Origin: Acidimicrobium ferrooxidans
GTDB lineage: Bacteria; Actinomycetota; Geothermincolia; Fen-727; Anoxymicrobiaceae
Assembly (NCBI GenBank): GCA_020723485.1
Contig: DYIU01000002.1
Location: 25,167 to 89,166, forward strand
DNA length: 64,000 nucleotides
Direction: 5' to 3'
In this document: piece after piece, positions 47,014-56,992 of the stretch
How the letters are laid out: the number at the start of each line of letters is the position of its first letter
Numbering within the stretch: position 1 is the first letter of the stretch
Made by a program: the position numbers and the translations under genes
The notes under the pieces: model-generated
What the model saw: the letters and a program-made list of their open reading frames with translations, nothing else
What the model was told of the DNA's origin: nothing
Databases searched by the model: none

Positions 47014-48296
47014 TGGCCGGGGGAGGGGCGCCCGAGAACGGCCTGCTGAGGACCGAGCTTGATTCAGGGATAAGGGTCCTCAGCGAACGCATCCCGGGGG
47101 CGAGGTCCGTCTCCCTCGGGTTATGGATCGACACGGGCTCGCGCGACGAATCGCAGGGCGAGCACGGCCTGTGCCATTTCCTGGAGCACATGCTGTTCAA
47201 GGGCACGCCTTCCATGAGCGCGCGTGACATAGCTGTGGCGTTCGACCACATGGGTGCGGACATCAACGCGGCCACCGGTCGCGAGCACACGTCCGTGTAC
47301 TCCCGCATGCTGCAGGAGTACCTGCCGCGCGCACTGGAGATCGTCGTCGACATGACCCGGAACTCCTCCATCGAAGCGGGCGAGCTTGACTCCGAACGGC
47401 AGGTCGTCCTCGAAGAGATAAACATGCACAACGACTCCCCGGACGAAATGGTCCACGATTACCTGGCGCAAGCGCTGTGGGGCGACCACCCGATCGGCCA
47501 CAGCGTCCTGGGAGACGCGGAAGTGATAATGACCGTCGATGACGAAAGGCTCTCCGAGTTCTACCGGGAGCGCTACGTCGGCTCCCGGATCGTCCTCTCG
47601 GCGGCTGGGTCCGTGGACCACGACCGGCTGTGTGAGCTCGTGGGAGGCGCCATGGAAGGCATCGCTCAGGGCCGGGACGCCGCGAGGGAGGACTCTATGC
47701 CGGTTCCGCTCTCGAGCACCGTTATCCACAGGAAGGAAACGGAGCAGGCTCACATAGCGATGGGCTCGAAGGGCCTGCCCCGCAGGCACCCGGACCGGTT
47801 CGCGATGTCAGTGCTCGACAACATCATGGGCGGGAGCATGAGCTCCAGGCTGTTCCAGAAAATAAGGGAGCAGCTCGGCCTGGTGTACTCGATCTATTCC
47901 TTCAGCGGGCTCTTTCTGGGGATGGGCATGGTCGGCATCTACTGTGGCACTCACCCGGCGCAGGCCGAGAAAGTCATCGGCCTCGTCGAGGATGAGCTGG
48001 TCAAGGCGAGGGACGGGGGCTTTGCCGCCGAAGAGCTCGAGAGGGCCAAAAACCACATAAAGGGAGCCCTCGTCATAAGCAACGAGGACAGCGGCAACCG
48101 CATGAACCGCATAGCCAAGGCCGAGATGTCCGGAGGAGAGCACCTTACGATAGACGAGATGGTCGAGCGCGTTGACAAAGTGACCGTCGACGACCTGCAC
48201 AGGGTATACGCGGAGACCTGGGGCGGCATCGGGGCGAGCCTGGCCGTGGTCGGGCCGTTCGATGCCGGTGAGATAGGGCTCTCCGGAAGGATCTGA
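47010..48296 (+). CDS. M16 family zinc peptidase (pitrilysin-like)
   Basis: Inverted zinc motif HFLEHMLFKG. Conserved pnp-M16-dapB order. Confidence 0.88.
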   Translation: MMAGGGAPENGLLRTELDSGIRVLSERIPGARSVSLGLWIDTGSRDESQGEHGLCHFLEHMLFKGTPSMSARDIAVAFDHMGADINAATGREHTSVYSRMLQEYLPRALEIVVDMTRNSSIEAGELDSERQVVLEEINMHNDSPDEMVHDYLAQALWGDHPIGHSVLGDAEVIMTVDDERLSEFYRERYVGSRIVLSAAGSVDHDRLCELVGGAMEGIAQGRDAAREDSMPVPLSSTVIHRKETEQAHIAMGSKGLPRRHPDRFAMSVLDNIMGGSMSSRLFQKIREQLGLVYSIYSFSGLFLGMGMVGIYCGTHPAQAEKVIGLVEDELVKARDGGFAAEELERAKNHIKGALVISNEDSGNRMNRIAKAEMSGGEHLTIDEMVERVDKVTVDDLHRVYAETWGGIGASLAVVGPFDAGEIGLSGRI

Positions 48297-48344
48297 ACGG
48301 CTGGCCGTCGCAGCCCCGGCCGCGGGCGCATTGGAGGTAGGCCG

Positions 48345-49115
48345 ATGTTGAGCGTCGGTGTTGCAGGAGCGCTGGGAAAGATGGGCGTTGAAGTGGTCTC
48401 CGCGGTCTCGGGCGACCCGGACCTCGAGCTGGTGGCGGTCATCGACCCGTCAGCGGTTGAAGGGCGGGAGCATCCGGCCTGCGGGTTGGGCGTGCTCGGC
48501 AGCCTCGATCCCGTAGACCCGTCGACCGTCGATGTCCTTGTCGATTTTACGGTGGCGGACTCCGCGGTGGGCAACATCCACTGGGCGCTTGACAACGGGG
48601 TGCACGCGGTGGTCGGCACCACCGGCATCCCGGCAGACGAATTAGAGCGTATCGCGGCCAGGGCGGCCGGCGCTTCCTCGAACGTGCTCATCGCCCCTAA
48701 CTTCGCCATAGGGGCCGTGGTAATGATGAAACTCGCCCGCGCCGCCGCGCCCTCGTTCGACCAGTGCGAGATAATCGAGCTCCACCACAGGGGCAAGAAG
48801 GACGCGCCCAGCGGCACCGCGCTCGCCACCGCGATGGCGATAGAGGAGGCCGCGGACCTCCCGGAGCCGCCCGAGTCGCAGTCCCGCGAGGTGGCCGGAG
48901 CGAGGGGCGGAAGGCTCGGACCGGTCGGCATACACAGCATCCGCCTCGACGGCTTCGTCGCCAGCCAGGAGGTCATCTTCGGCGCCCGGGGCCAGACCCT
49001 CTCGATTCGCCACGACACCACCGACCGCTCGTGCTTCATGCCCGGAGTGCTGCTGGCCGTCAAGAAGGTGGGAGAGCTCCGGGGCCTCACCATCGGGCTC
49101 GACGACCTGCTCTGA
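48345..49115 (+). CDS. dapB: 4-hydroxy-tetrahydrodipicolinate reductase
   Basis: VGVAGALGKMG NAD-binding motif, EIIELHHRGKKDAPSGTA catalytic motif. Confidence 0.94.
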   Translation: MLSVGVAGALGKMGVEVVSAVSGDPDLELVAVIDPSAVEGREHPACGLGVLGSLDPVDPSTVDVLVDFTVADSAVGNIHWALDNGVHAVVGTTGIPADELERIAARAAGASSNVLIAPNFAIGAVVMMKLARAAAPSFDQCEIIELHHRGKKDAPSGTALATAMAIEEAADLPEPPESQSREVAGARGGRLGPVGIHSIRLDGFVASQEVIFGARGQTLSIRHDTTDRSCFMPGVLLAVKKVGELRGLTIGLDDLL

Positions 49116-49209
49116 CGCAACAGCGGGGTCAGGTCATTTTGTTGCATTCTTGACTGAATCCAGACCGCCCTCTCGAAATGCAACAAAATGACCTGACCCC
49201 GCTGTTGCG
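49116..49209. repeat. Perfect 32-bp inverted repeat with 30-nt spacer (MITE/REP-like element)
   Basis: Left arm 49116-49147 cgcaacagcggggtcaggtcattttgttgcat is the exact reverse complement of right arm 49178-49209. It starts immediately after the dapB stop, 70 nt upstream of ftsK. Confidence 0.9.
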
Positions 49210-49279
49210 CTCCAAAGGTGCACCCTGGCATGAAAAGAATACTTTATTGTGAGAGAGCCTTCTTTGGCGAGGATGAGAT

Positions 49280-51514
49280 TTGGCAAAATCCGGCAAGAAA
49301 AAGAAGAAGAAGGGTCCCGCTTCGAGAAAGGGCGGTTCCGGGTCCGGAACGAGGAATTCCGGCTCTAAAGGCAGCCCGCAGGCAAAGAAGAAGGCTGAGA
49401 GCGCCCCGGCGGAGCCGTGGCTTACGCCCGGAAGGGTACGCGTCCTGTGGGGCGTCGGGTTCCTCGCGCTCGCCATATTCACCTTCCTCTGCATATTCGC
49501 GCCGTCCACGGCCGGCATAGTCGGGCGCGGGGTGAAGGCGGGGCTCGCCTGGGCCTTCGGCCTCGGCCGCTTCGCGGTGCCTTTCGTCTTCCTCGCCGGC
49601 GCCGTCATCGCTTTCACGAGGACTCCCGAGGTCAAGGTATCGCTCATCGCGGCGGGAACGGCGATGATATGCGTCTCCATCCTGGCCCTCCTTCACATCT
49701 CGACCCCCACGGGCGCGATGTTCACATACGACGAGCTGGCCGGGGGCGGGGGCCTGGTCGGCGCTGTGGTAGCGTGGCCCCTTGTCAAGCTGTTCGGCGA
49801 GGTCGGGGCCTACATATTCACTTTCGCGCTGCTGGCCGCCGGCGTCGTCGTCGCGTTCGAGGAGCAGCTGGTGGGGCTCTGGAAGCTGCTCAGGCGCCCG
49901 AAGCCCGAGGGGGGAAGGCCGGCCCCGGAGGTCGTCACCGAAGAGGACCCGGTGGTGCAGGCGGTACCCGCGGCGAAAGCCGCCGGCGCCAAGGTCTACC
50001 CGGCTAAACCAGCCCCTCCGCCGCCGGTCACCGAGGAGAACGGGGGGCAATTGGCCATCGACGTCAGCAAGCCGAGAGTGGGTAAATACAGGCTGCCTCC
50101 CGCTTCCATACTCAACCGCAGCCACGACAAGGCGTTCTCCAAGCAGACCAACGAGGAACGCAAACTCGCAATCGAGCACACACTGCACAGCATGGACGTG
50201 GACGCCAGCGTGGTCAAAGTCTCCAGGGGCCCCACGGTCTCTCTCTTCGAGGTAGAGGTGGGCACGGGCGAGAAGGTCAAGAGGGTCACCGAGCTCGAGC
50301 AGGACATCGCTTACGCACTGGGGTCTCCGGACATCAGGATATACTCGCCCATACCCGGGAGACAGGCCATCGGCATAGAGGTACCGAACCACATCCGGGA
50401 CACGGTGCACCTGGGTGACATCATCGGTGCGCTGGGGCCCGCCGCGCCGCACAACCTGTTGACCGTCGCGGTTGGCAAGGACATGTCGGGGGAGGCCGTG
50501 GTCCTGGACCTGGCGCAGCTCCCGCACCTCCTTCTCGCGGGCTCGACCGGGGCCGGCAAGTCCTGCTGCATAAACGTGCTGGTGTGCTGCCTCCTCATGA
50601 GGTGCCGGCCTGAGCAGCTGAACTTCATCATGATCGACCCCAAGTACGTGGAGTTCACCTGGTACGACGGGCTTCCCCACCTGCTTTCGCCGGTCATAAA
50701 CGAGCCGGAGCCTGCCGCAAAGGCCCTGCTCTGGGCCGTGAACGAGATGGACAGGAGGTACCAGGTCCTCCAGAAGCAGCGGGTGGTGCATATCGACGAG
50801 TACAACGCCATCGCCGATAAGGACAAGGACGTCGAGCCGCTGCCGAAGATAGTGATCGTGATAGACGAACTCGGAGACCTGATGATAGTGGCGCGTCGCG
50901 AGGTCGAGAGCTCCATAAGCAGGCTCACGGCCAAGGCGAGGGCCGTCGGAATTCACCTGATAATCGCCACGCAGCGGCCATCCGTGGACGTCATCACCGG
51001 GGTCATCAAGAACAACATCACGGCCAGGATAGCGTTCCAGGTCGCGAGCAACGCCGACTCCAGGACGATACTGGGGACAAAGGGCGCCGAGAAGCTCCTG
51101 GGCAAGGGCGACATGCTGCTCGACCCGGGCAACATCCCCCAGGCCGAGAGGGTCCAGGGAGCGCTCATCCAGCAGAAGGAGATAGAGTTCCTCACCGGCT
51201 ACATACGCGAGCAGAAGCTCGAGGCCGGCAGGTCGATAGACCTGGACGAGGTCGAGACGTCCGTGAAGCAGGAGTTCTCCGAAGCGGACCCGCTCCTCGA
51301 GGAGGCCGCGGAGTTCGTGGTGTTCGCGGGAGAAGCGTCGGCCTCCATGCTGCAGACACACCTCAGGGTCGGGTACGCGAGGGCCCGCCGGATAGTGGTC
51401 GAGCTCTCGCAGATAGGCATTGTCGGCCCGCACGAGGGCAGCAAATCCCGCAAGGTCCTCATCACTCCGGAGGAGTTCGAGGACTGGAAGGAGCGGCGGC
51501 ACAGCTCCGCCTAA
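49280..51514 (+). CDS. ftsK: DNA translocase FtsK
   Basis: Lys-rich N-terminus, 4 TM helices, P/A linker, motor domain with LLAGSTGAGKS Walker A, C-terminal gamma winged helix (MLQTHLRVGYARARRIV). Confidence 0.95.
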   Translation: MAKSGKKKKKKGPASRKGGSGSGTRNSGSKGSPQAKKKAESAPAEPWLTPGRVRVLWGVGFLALAIFTFLCIFAPSTAGIVGRGVKAGLAWAFGLGRFAVPFVFLAGAVIAFTRTPEVKVSLIAAGTAMICVSILALLHISTPTGAMFTYDELAGGGGLVGAVVAWPLVKLFGEVGAYIFTFALLAAGVVVAFEEQLVGLWKLLRRPKPEGGRPAPEVVTEEDPVVQAVPAAKAAGAKVYPAKPAPPPPVTEENGGQLAIDVSKPRVGKYRLPPASILNRSHDKAFSKQTNEERKLAIEHTLHSMDVDASVVKVSRGPTVSLFEVEVGTGEKVKRVTELEQDIAYALGSPDIRIYSPIPGRQAIGIEVPNHIRDTVHLGDIIGALGPAAPHNLLTVAVGKDMSGEAVVLDLAQLPHLLLAGSTGAGKSCCINVLVCCLLMRCRPEQLNFIMIDPKYVEFTWYDGLPHLLSPVINEPEPAAKALLWAVNEMDRRYQVLQKQRVVHIDEYNAIADKDKDVEPLPKIVIVIDELGDLMIVARREVESSISRLTAKARAVGIHLIIATQRPSVDVITGVIKNNITARIAFQVASNADSRTILGTKGAEKLLGKGDMLLDPGNIPQAERVQGALIQQKEIEFLTGYIREQKLEAGRSIDLDEVETSVKQEFSEADPLLEEAAEFVVFAGEASASMLQTHLRVGYARARRIVVELSQIGIVGPHEGSKSRKVLITPEEFEDWKERRHSSA

Positions 51515-51612
51515 GTTGCACTTTCCACCTCGTATTGGTACCCTATTCAAGACGTTTTCGACCTTTTTGCGGCCGGGGGTTGCTTGGTTGTTGAGAAGAC
51601 TGGGGGACTGAT

Positions 51613-51846
51613 TTGGCCAATCCTCTGGCCCAGCAAGTAGAGAAAATCCTGGCGGGGGCTGTGGGCGAGTTCATCGCCAAGGCGACCGTCAAGAAGAATT
51701 GCGAACTGATCGGTGCCACCCCGGATACCCTCAACTCGGCGCAGCTTCCCGAACTCGCTTCTCACATCGAGAAATCCGTCTCGTTCTTCTCGGGGAAAGA
51801 GACCGGGTCGGACGTCGCCGAGAAGATAAGGAACCTGAGCGGCTGA
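51613..51846 (+). CDS. Hypothetical small cytoplasmic protein (77 aa)
   Basis: TTG start 6 nt after GGGGGA. Helical, no recognisable family. Lies 21 nt upstream of the MCP gene on the same strand. Confidence 0.45.
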   Translation: MANPLAQQVEKILAGAVGEFIAKATVKKNCELIGATPDTLNSAQLPELASHIEKSVSFFSGKETGSDVAEKIRNLSG

Positions 51847-51867
51847 GACTCCCGGAATGGTCAATCC

Positions 51868-53148
51868 TTGATGAAGAACCTGGGACTGCCTAAGAAAATA
51901 CTGCTGATAGGCATCACAAGAGCGCTTCTCTCACTCGCAGTCCTCATACCTGTACTGGCGATCGCCACCGATATCTCCGGGAACACCCTCCTGCTGGTGG
52001 GCATCATCCTGTTCTTCGGTGTCCTGACAGGGGAGGTCCTGGTGGTGTGGGGCCTGCAGCGGACAGTCGACCGTGAGCTCAAGCCCATCATCCAGTTCTC
52101 CTATGACGTGGCCGAGGGCGACCTCACCGGTCACCTCGACCGCAGGTCCAGCGATTCCGTCGGCAGGCTGTCGGTGGCCCAGAACGCCATGGTCGACGGC
52201 CTTCAGGTCATCATCGAGAAGCTGAGGGAAGCCTCGACGCTGGTTAGCGCGACCGCCGAGGAGCTTGCGGCTTCCTCGCAGCAGGTGATGGCCTCGGCCG
52301 AGGAGGTCTCCTCAACGGTCGAGCAGATATCCAGGGGAGCCGAGTCCCAGGCCAGGACGGTGGAGGAGGCCAGCCAGATCACGGGTGAGATAGCGGACAT
52401 GGCCTCGAACGTGGCGGAGCAAGCGCGGATCTCGGCCGAGACCGCTCGCACCGCGAACGAGATCGCGCGGTCGGGTTCGGACAACGCGGCGCAGGCCGCC
52501 AGCAGGATGACCGAGATGCAGCACGCCATGGACGGGGTCACCGGCATCATGCAGGGCCTCGGTGACCGGTCGATGCAGATCGGCCTCATAGTCGATGTCA
52601 TAACCGGCATCGCCGAGCAGACCAACATGCTCGCGCTCAATGCCGCGATAGAGGCGAGCAGGGCCGGCGAGCACGGGCGCGGGTTCGCGGTAGTCGCCGA
52701 GGAGGTCCGCAACCTCGCTGAGGGCAGCAGGAAAGCGGCAGAGCAGATATCCAAGATGATCCGCGACACCGAGGGAGAGACTTCCAGGGCCCTAAAGGCG
52801 GTGGAGAGCTCCAAGGAGATAATCTCGGGCTCGATCGAGGTGATACAGTCGACCTTCGACGCCCTTACCAACGTCGTTGAGATAGTCGATGACATCGCCG
52901 GCGGAGCCGAGTCCGTCTACAAGGCCACCGAGGCCCAGAGGGAGGGCTCGGAGAGGGTCGTGCGTGCTTCGCATGACATCGCCGCCATAGCGGAGCAGGC
53001 GGCCGCCGGGACGGAGGAAGCCTCCGCGGCCGCTAACGAGCAGGCCGCCTCCGTCGAGGAAATGCGCGCCAGCATCCAGGAGCTAGCGCGGTTCTCCGTC
53101 GAGATGAAGCACCTGGTCGACGGCTTCAAGCTCGGGAAGAAGGACTGA
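51868..53148 (+). CDS. Methyl-accepting chemotaxis protein (two TM, minimal extracytoplasmic loop, HAMP)
   Basis: Signalling hairpin [35 protein letters not shown]. The two N-terminal TM helices are separated by only a few residues. Confidence 0.92.
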   Translation: MMKNLGLPKKILLIGITRALLSLAVLIPVLAIATDISGNTLLLVGIILFFGVLTGEVLVVWGLQRTVDRELKPIIQFSYDVAEGDLTGHLDRRSSDSVGRLSVAQNAMVDGLQVIIEKLREASTLVSATAEELAASSQQVMASAEEVSSTVEQISRGAESQARTVEEASQITGEIADMASNVAEQARISAETARTANEIARSGSDNAAQAASRMTEMQHAMDGVTGIMQGLGDRSMQIGLIVDVITGIAEQTNMLALNAAIEASRAGEHGRGFAVVAEEVRNLAEGSRKAAEQISKMIRDTEGETSRALKAVESSKEIISGSIEVIQSTFDALTNVVEIVDDIAGGAESVYKATEAQREGSERVVRASHDIAAIAEQAAAGTEEASAAANEQAASVEEMRASIQELARFSVEMKHLVDGFKLGKKD

Positions 53149-53150
53149 CT

Positions 53151-53645
53151 GTGGCCGCGGGTGACAGCTCCTTCGACATTGTCAGCAAGGTCGACCTCCC
53201 CGAGCTCGACAACGCGCTCAACCAGGCCCGCAAGGAGATAGACAACCGTTTCGACTTCAAGGGCTCGGGCTCGCGAATCGAGAGCGGCAAGGATACGGTC
53301 ACGGTCTTCTCGGCGGACGAGTTCCATCTCAAATCGATGCTGGATGTCATAGAGTCCAAGCTGGTCCGCCGCGAGGTGCCCCCGGAGGCCGTCTCCTGGG
53401 GACCCATTCTGGACGGGCCCAAGGGCACCGTCAAACGGGAGGCGAAGATCCTCCAGGGGATAGATGCCGACAAGGCTCGCGAGATAACCAAGTTCATCAA
53501 GAAGCTGGACAAGAAGACCAATGTGACTGTCCAGCAGGACCAGGTCCGGGTCTCCAGCAAGAGCAAGGACTCGCTGCAGACCGTCATAAAAGCCCTCAAG
53601 GAGCACGACTTCGAGATTCCCCTCCAGTTCACCAACTACCGGTAG
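53151..53645 (+). CDS. yajQ: YajQ family nucleotide/cyclic-di-GMP-binding protein (UPF0234)
   Basis: SFDIVSKVDLPELDNALNQARKEIDNRFDFKGS is typical YajQ. 164 aa. Confidence 0.9.
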   Translation: MAAGDSSFDIVSKVDLPELDNALNQARKEIDNRFDFKGSGSRIESGKDTVTVFSADEFHLKSMLDVIESKLVRREVPPEAVSWGPILDGPKGTVKREAKILQGIDADKAREITKFIKKLDKKTNVTVQQDQVRVSSKSKDSLQTVIKALKEHDFEIPLQFTNYR

Positions 53646-53674
53646 GCCCCCGGGGCCGGCCCTCGAACCCTGAC

Positions 53675-55021
53675 ATGAAGAAACGCGCCTACATGCTGGT
53701 CACGCTCGGATGCTTCAGGAACGAGGTCGAGTCAGACCTCGTCCGCAGCTCGCTCTCGCAGCTGGGAATGGAGGAGACGGGCGCGATCGAGGACGCGGAA
53801 CTCATCGTGGTAAACACCTGCGGTTTTATATCTGACGCCTGTGACGAGGGCATAGACACAATACTGGAGCTCGACGCGACCCGCGGCGGCGGCCCGGGAC
53901 GGCCTCCCATCCTGGTGCTCGGGTGCATGGCCCAGAGGTACGGCGCCCGCCTGGCCGAGGAGATGCCCGAGATAGACGGTCTGCTGGGCTCGGACTGGAG
54001 CGGCCCCCTGGCCGGGGCGGTCGCGGACCTTCTCGAGGGCCGGCACGTCGTCTCGACGCCGGGAGCACCCGGCCTGCGCGATGTCCCCAGGACCGTGGAC
54101 TCGTCGGAGAGCCCGACACTGTTCATCAGGGTGGCGGACGGCTGCGACAGGGGATGCAGGTTCTGCTCGATACCCTCCATCAGGGGCGGCTACTCCAGCC
54201 GCTCTCCCGAGAGCGTCTGTGAGGAGGTCAGGCGTCTCGCGGAAGGACGCCCCCGTGAGGTGATACTCCTTGCGCAGGACCTTACCTCATACGGATGCGA
54301 CCTCGCGGACGGCACGGACCTCCCCCTGCTGGTGCGGAGGCTCGTCAGCCTGGAAGAAGTCCACTGGTTGAGGCTGCTCTACCTCCAACCTGAAGGCGTG
54401 ACAGGCGCGCTCCTCGACGAGGTCGCCCGAAGCCCGAAGGTCTGCAGGTACTTCGACATACCTTTCCAGCACGCGAGCTCCTCGGTTCTCCGGAGGATGG
54501 GACGGCCGGGCGGCTATGGCGAGAACATGGAGCTCGTCAAGGCCGTCAGGTCTCGGTTCCCCGAGGCGGCCCTTCGGACGACCATGATGGTCGGCTACCC
54601 GGGCGAGACCGAGGAGGAATTCGGCGAGCTCCTGAGATTCGTCGAAGAGGCCCGCTTCGACTGGATGGGAGCGTTCATCTTCTCACCGGAGGAGGGCACG
54701 GCGGCGGAGTCACTGGGGGGAACGGTGACGGTCGAGGAGGGCGTTTCACGCTATAATATGCTAATCGAGGCGCAGGAGAAGGTGGAAGAGTCCGGCCTCC
54801 GCAGGTTCGAAGGCCGCCGCCTCAAGGTCGTAGTCGAAGGGGCGTCGGAGCTGGACGGATACGACCTGGTGGGCCGCTCATACAGAGAAGCCCCGGTGGT
54901 CGACGGCGTCATCCACCTGAAGCGCGGAACGGGAGCGCCACCACCGGAAACAGCCGGTGGGTTCTCATGGGCGAAGATAACTGGAAGCGAGGGCCTTGAC
55001 CTTGCCGGAGAAATCAGCTGA
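53675..55021 (+). CDS. rimO: Ribosomal protein S12 methylthiotransferase RimO
   Basis: UPF0004 N-domain (VTLGCFRNEVESD, NTCGF), radical-SAM CDRGCRFC, C-terminal TRAM. Confidence 0.88.
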   Translation: MKKRAYMLVTLGCFRNEVESDLVRSSLSQLGMEETGAIEDAELIVVNTCGFISDACDEGIDTILELDATRGGGPGRPPILVLGCMAQRYGARLAEEMPEIDGLLGSDWSGPLAGAVADLLEGRHVVSTPGAPGLRDVPRTVDSSESPTLFIRVADGCDRGCRFCSIPSIRGGYSSRSPESVCEEVRRLAEGRPREVILLAQDLTSYGCDLADGTDLPLLVRRLVSLEEVHWLRLLYLQPEGVTGALLDEVARSPKVCRYFDIPFQHASSSVLRRMGRPGGYGENMELVKAVRSRFPEAALRTTMMVGYPGETEEEFGELLRFVEEARFDWMGAFIFSPEEGTAAESLGGTVTVEEGVSRYNMLIEAQEKVEESGLRRFEGRRLKVVVEGASELDGYDLVGRSYREAPVVDGVIHLKRGTGAPPPETAGGFSWAKITGSEGLDLAGEIS

Positions 55022-55634
55022 AGCCGTCTTGACGTCCGAGTCCCTCTTCTCGGGAAAATGGCTCAACCCCGCCAATTTCATGACCGCGCTCCGGGTGCTG
55101 CTCGCGCCGCCGATAATCGCCCTGCTCGTATACAGGCCCCAGAGCTTCTCGTGGAGCTTCGCCGCCGGTACCATCTTCGTCATCGCGGCCCTCACCGACA
55201 AGGCCGACGGATATTATGCGCGCAAGTACGATTCGATCACCAGGCTGGGAGAGTTCCTGGACCCCCTCGCCGACAAGCTGCTCATGATTCCCCTGATGGT
55301 GACGATGGCCTTCGTGCCCGACGTCCAGCACGGCCTGCTGCCGCTCTGGGTCGTCATCATAGTAGTGGTCCGTGAGCTGCTCATATCGGGCATCAGGATG
55401 GTTGGCGTACGCAGGGGCATCTCATTTCCGGCTTCATGGTCCGGGAAGATCAAGATGTTCTCCCAGGTGATCGTCGTGGCCATCATCCTTTACTTCCCGG
55501 GCAGCTCCGGCGACACGTGGCTGCGACTGCTCGTGTACCTGATGGCGGCCATCACCCTTTACTCCGGTATTGATTACCTTTTCCGCGCGAGGCGCGAGAT
55601 ATTCAACAGGCCCGCCGCCGCCGAGGAAAGATGA
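54996..55634 (+). CDS. pgsA: CDP-diacylglycerol--glycerol-3-phosphate 3-phosphatidyltransferase
   Basis: CDP-alcohol phosphotransferase motif DKADGYYARK...GEFLDPLADK. The start is uncertain; TTG 55029, just after the rimO stop, is an alternative. Confidence 0.88.
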   Translation: MTLPEKSAEAVLTSESLFSGKWLNPANFMTALRVLLAPPIIALLVYRPQSFSWSFAAGTIFVIAALTDKADGYYARKYDSITRLGEFLDPLADKLLMIPLMVTMAFVPDVQHGLLPLWVVIIVVVRELLISGIRMVGVRRGISFPASWSGKIKMFSQVIVVAIILYFPGSSGDTWLRLLVYLMAAITLYSGIDYLFRARREIFNRPAAAEER

Positions 55635-56875
55635 CCGCCGCACCTTTAACGATCTCAGTCCTCACCGTGGGGGATGAGCTCCTCTCCGGCGAGGTTGTTG
55701 ACACCAACCTCCCCTCCATAGCCAGGGCGCTCTCCGAGCTCGGACTGGCCGTAGCCCGGCACGTTACCGCCGCCGACGACATCGAAGACATCGCACGCTG
55801 GGTGCGCGAGCTGTGCCGGGAAAGCGACGCCGTCATAGTAACCGGGGGCCTGGGGCCCACCAACGACGACCTCACCTGCGAGGCCGTCGCCAGGGCCGCC
55901 GGGCTCGAGCTCGTGCATCAACCGCACCTCGAGCGCGATCTCAGGGCTTTTTTCGAAGCGATGGGAAGGCCGATGGTGGAGGAGAACCTGAAGCAGGCCT
56001 TCCTGCCCGCCGGGTCGATGGAGATACCTCCGGCCGGGGGCACGGCCGCCGGCTTCATGCTCGAGCTGGACGGAGCCCTTGTGGCGGTGCTTCCCGGCGT
56101 CCCGCGCGAGATGGACGAGATGATGGCGTCTCACGTGGTCCCCGAACTCAGCAAGCGTCACGGGGGCGGCGAGGTCACTGTGACCAGGAGGCTCATGACC
56201 TTCGGCGCCGGCGAATCCGATGTGGCCAACCTCCTTTCCGACCTGATAGGAAAGGGCCCGGTCCGGTACGGTTTCCTGGCGCAGAGCGGACCGATCGTGG
56301 TGAAACTGACAGCATGCGCCGCTTCGCAACGGGAGGCGCTCGAGATTATCGGGCGGGAGCAGGCCCTGGCGACCGAGAGGCTCGGGGCGCTCCTTTACGC
56401 CACTGACGAGGAGACGATGGAGGAGGTCGTGGGCCGCCTTCTCAGGGAGTCCGGCAAGACACTGGCCGTTGCGGAATCACTGACCGCGGGGATGGTCTGC
56501 GCGCGCATCGCGAACGTGCCTGGCAGCTCAGATTACTTCCTGGGAGGGGTCGTAGCGTACAGCTCGGATTCCAAGCGCGAGATACTCGACATCCCCGACG
56601 AGCTGCTCGCTGACGGCGCGGTGAACACGGCGGTGGCAGAGGCCATGGCACAGTCCGTCAGGCGCCTGTTCGGCTCTGACATCGCGGTGTCGACAACAGG
56701 GGTGGCCGGGCCGGGGCAGGGAGGCGAGTCCAAGCCCCCGGGAACCGCGTGTGTCGCGCTTGCCCATCCCGGCGGTGTCGTGTCGCTTGAGCGGCGGCTT
56801 CCGGGCTACCGGCAGATGGTCCGCAACATCGCCACCATGGCGGCCCTCAACGCCGTCCGCCTCTACCTGTCATAA
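55631..56875 (+). CDS. cinA: CinA family protein (competence/damage-inducible; NMN amidohydrolase)
   Basis: MoCF-like N-domain (VLTVGDELLSGEVVDTN, VTGGLGPTNDDLT) and C-terminal PncC domain (AESLTAGM...VSTTGVAGP). Confidence 0.9.
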   Translation: MTAAPLTISVLTVGDELLSGEVVDTNLPSIARALSELGLAVARHVTAADDIEDIARWVRELCRESDAVIVTGGLGPTNDDLTCEAVARAAGLELVHQPHLERDLRAFFEAMGRPMVEENLKQAFLPAGSMEIPPAGGTAAGFMLELDGALVAVLPGVPREMDEMMASHVVPELSKRHGGGEVTVTRRLMTFGAGESDVANLLSDLIGKGPVRYGFLAQSGPIVVKLTACAASQREALEIIGREQALATERLGALLYATDEETMEEVVGRLLRESGKTLAVAESLTAGMVCARIANVPGSSDYFLGGVVAYSSDSKREILDIPDELLADGAVNTAVAEAMAQSVRRLFGSDIAVSTTGVAGPGQGGESKPPGTACVALAHPGGVVSLERRLPGYRQMVRNIATMAALNAVRLYLS

Positions 56876-56891
56876 GACGTGACCCCGTTCA

Positions 56892-56920
56892 TTGACTATC
56901 CAATGCATGAATGTTACCTT
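56892..56920 (+). promoter_or_regulatory. Putative ileS promoter (TTGACT-N17-TACCTT)
   Basis: Hexamers at 56892-97 and 56915-20, about 85 nt upstream of the ileS ATG. Confidence 0.4.
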
Positions 56921-56967
56921 ACGGGAGTGCGCGAGAATGCCCATTTAAAGGGCATTGTTGCTTAATG

Positions 56968-56992
56968 AGCGGCGAATTTCGCCGCTATATTT
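56968..56992 (+). terminator. Terminator-like hairpin in the ileS leader
   Basis: AGCGGCG-aattt-CGCCGCT (7 bp) followed by ATATTT. Lies 12 nt upstream of the ileS ATG. The U-tract is weak. Confidence 0.3.

Noticed and set aside
49116-49209. The inverted repeat, or its xerD-proximal copy at 4535..4567, considered as a dif (XerCD) site because of the proximity to xerD and ftsK.
   Set aside because: It does not resemble the 28-bp dif architecture (11-bp arms around a 6-bp AT-rich core with ATAA/TTAT motifs). The units are GC-rich and 32 nt long. A dif site inside the xerD coding end is implausible.
53646-53674. GGCCCCCGGGGCC palindrome after yajQ considered as a terminator.
   Set aside because: The stem leaves essentially no loop and no U-tract. 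It is too short to call.
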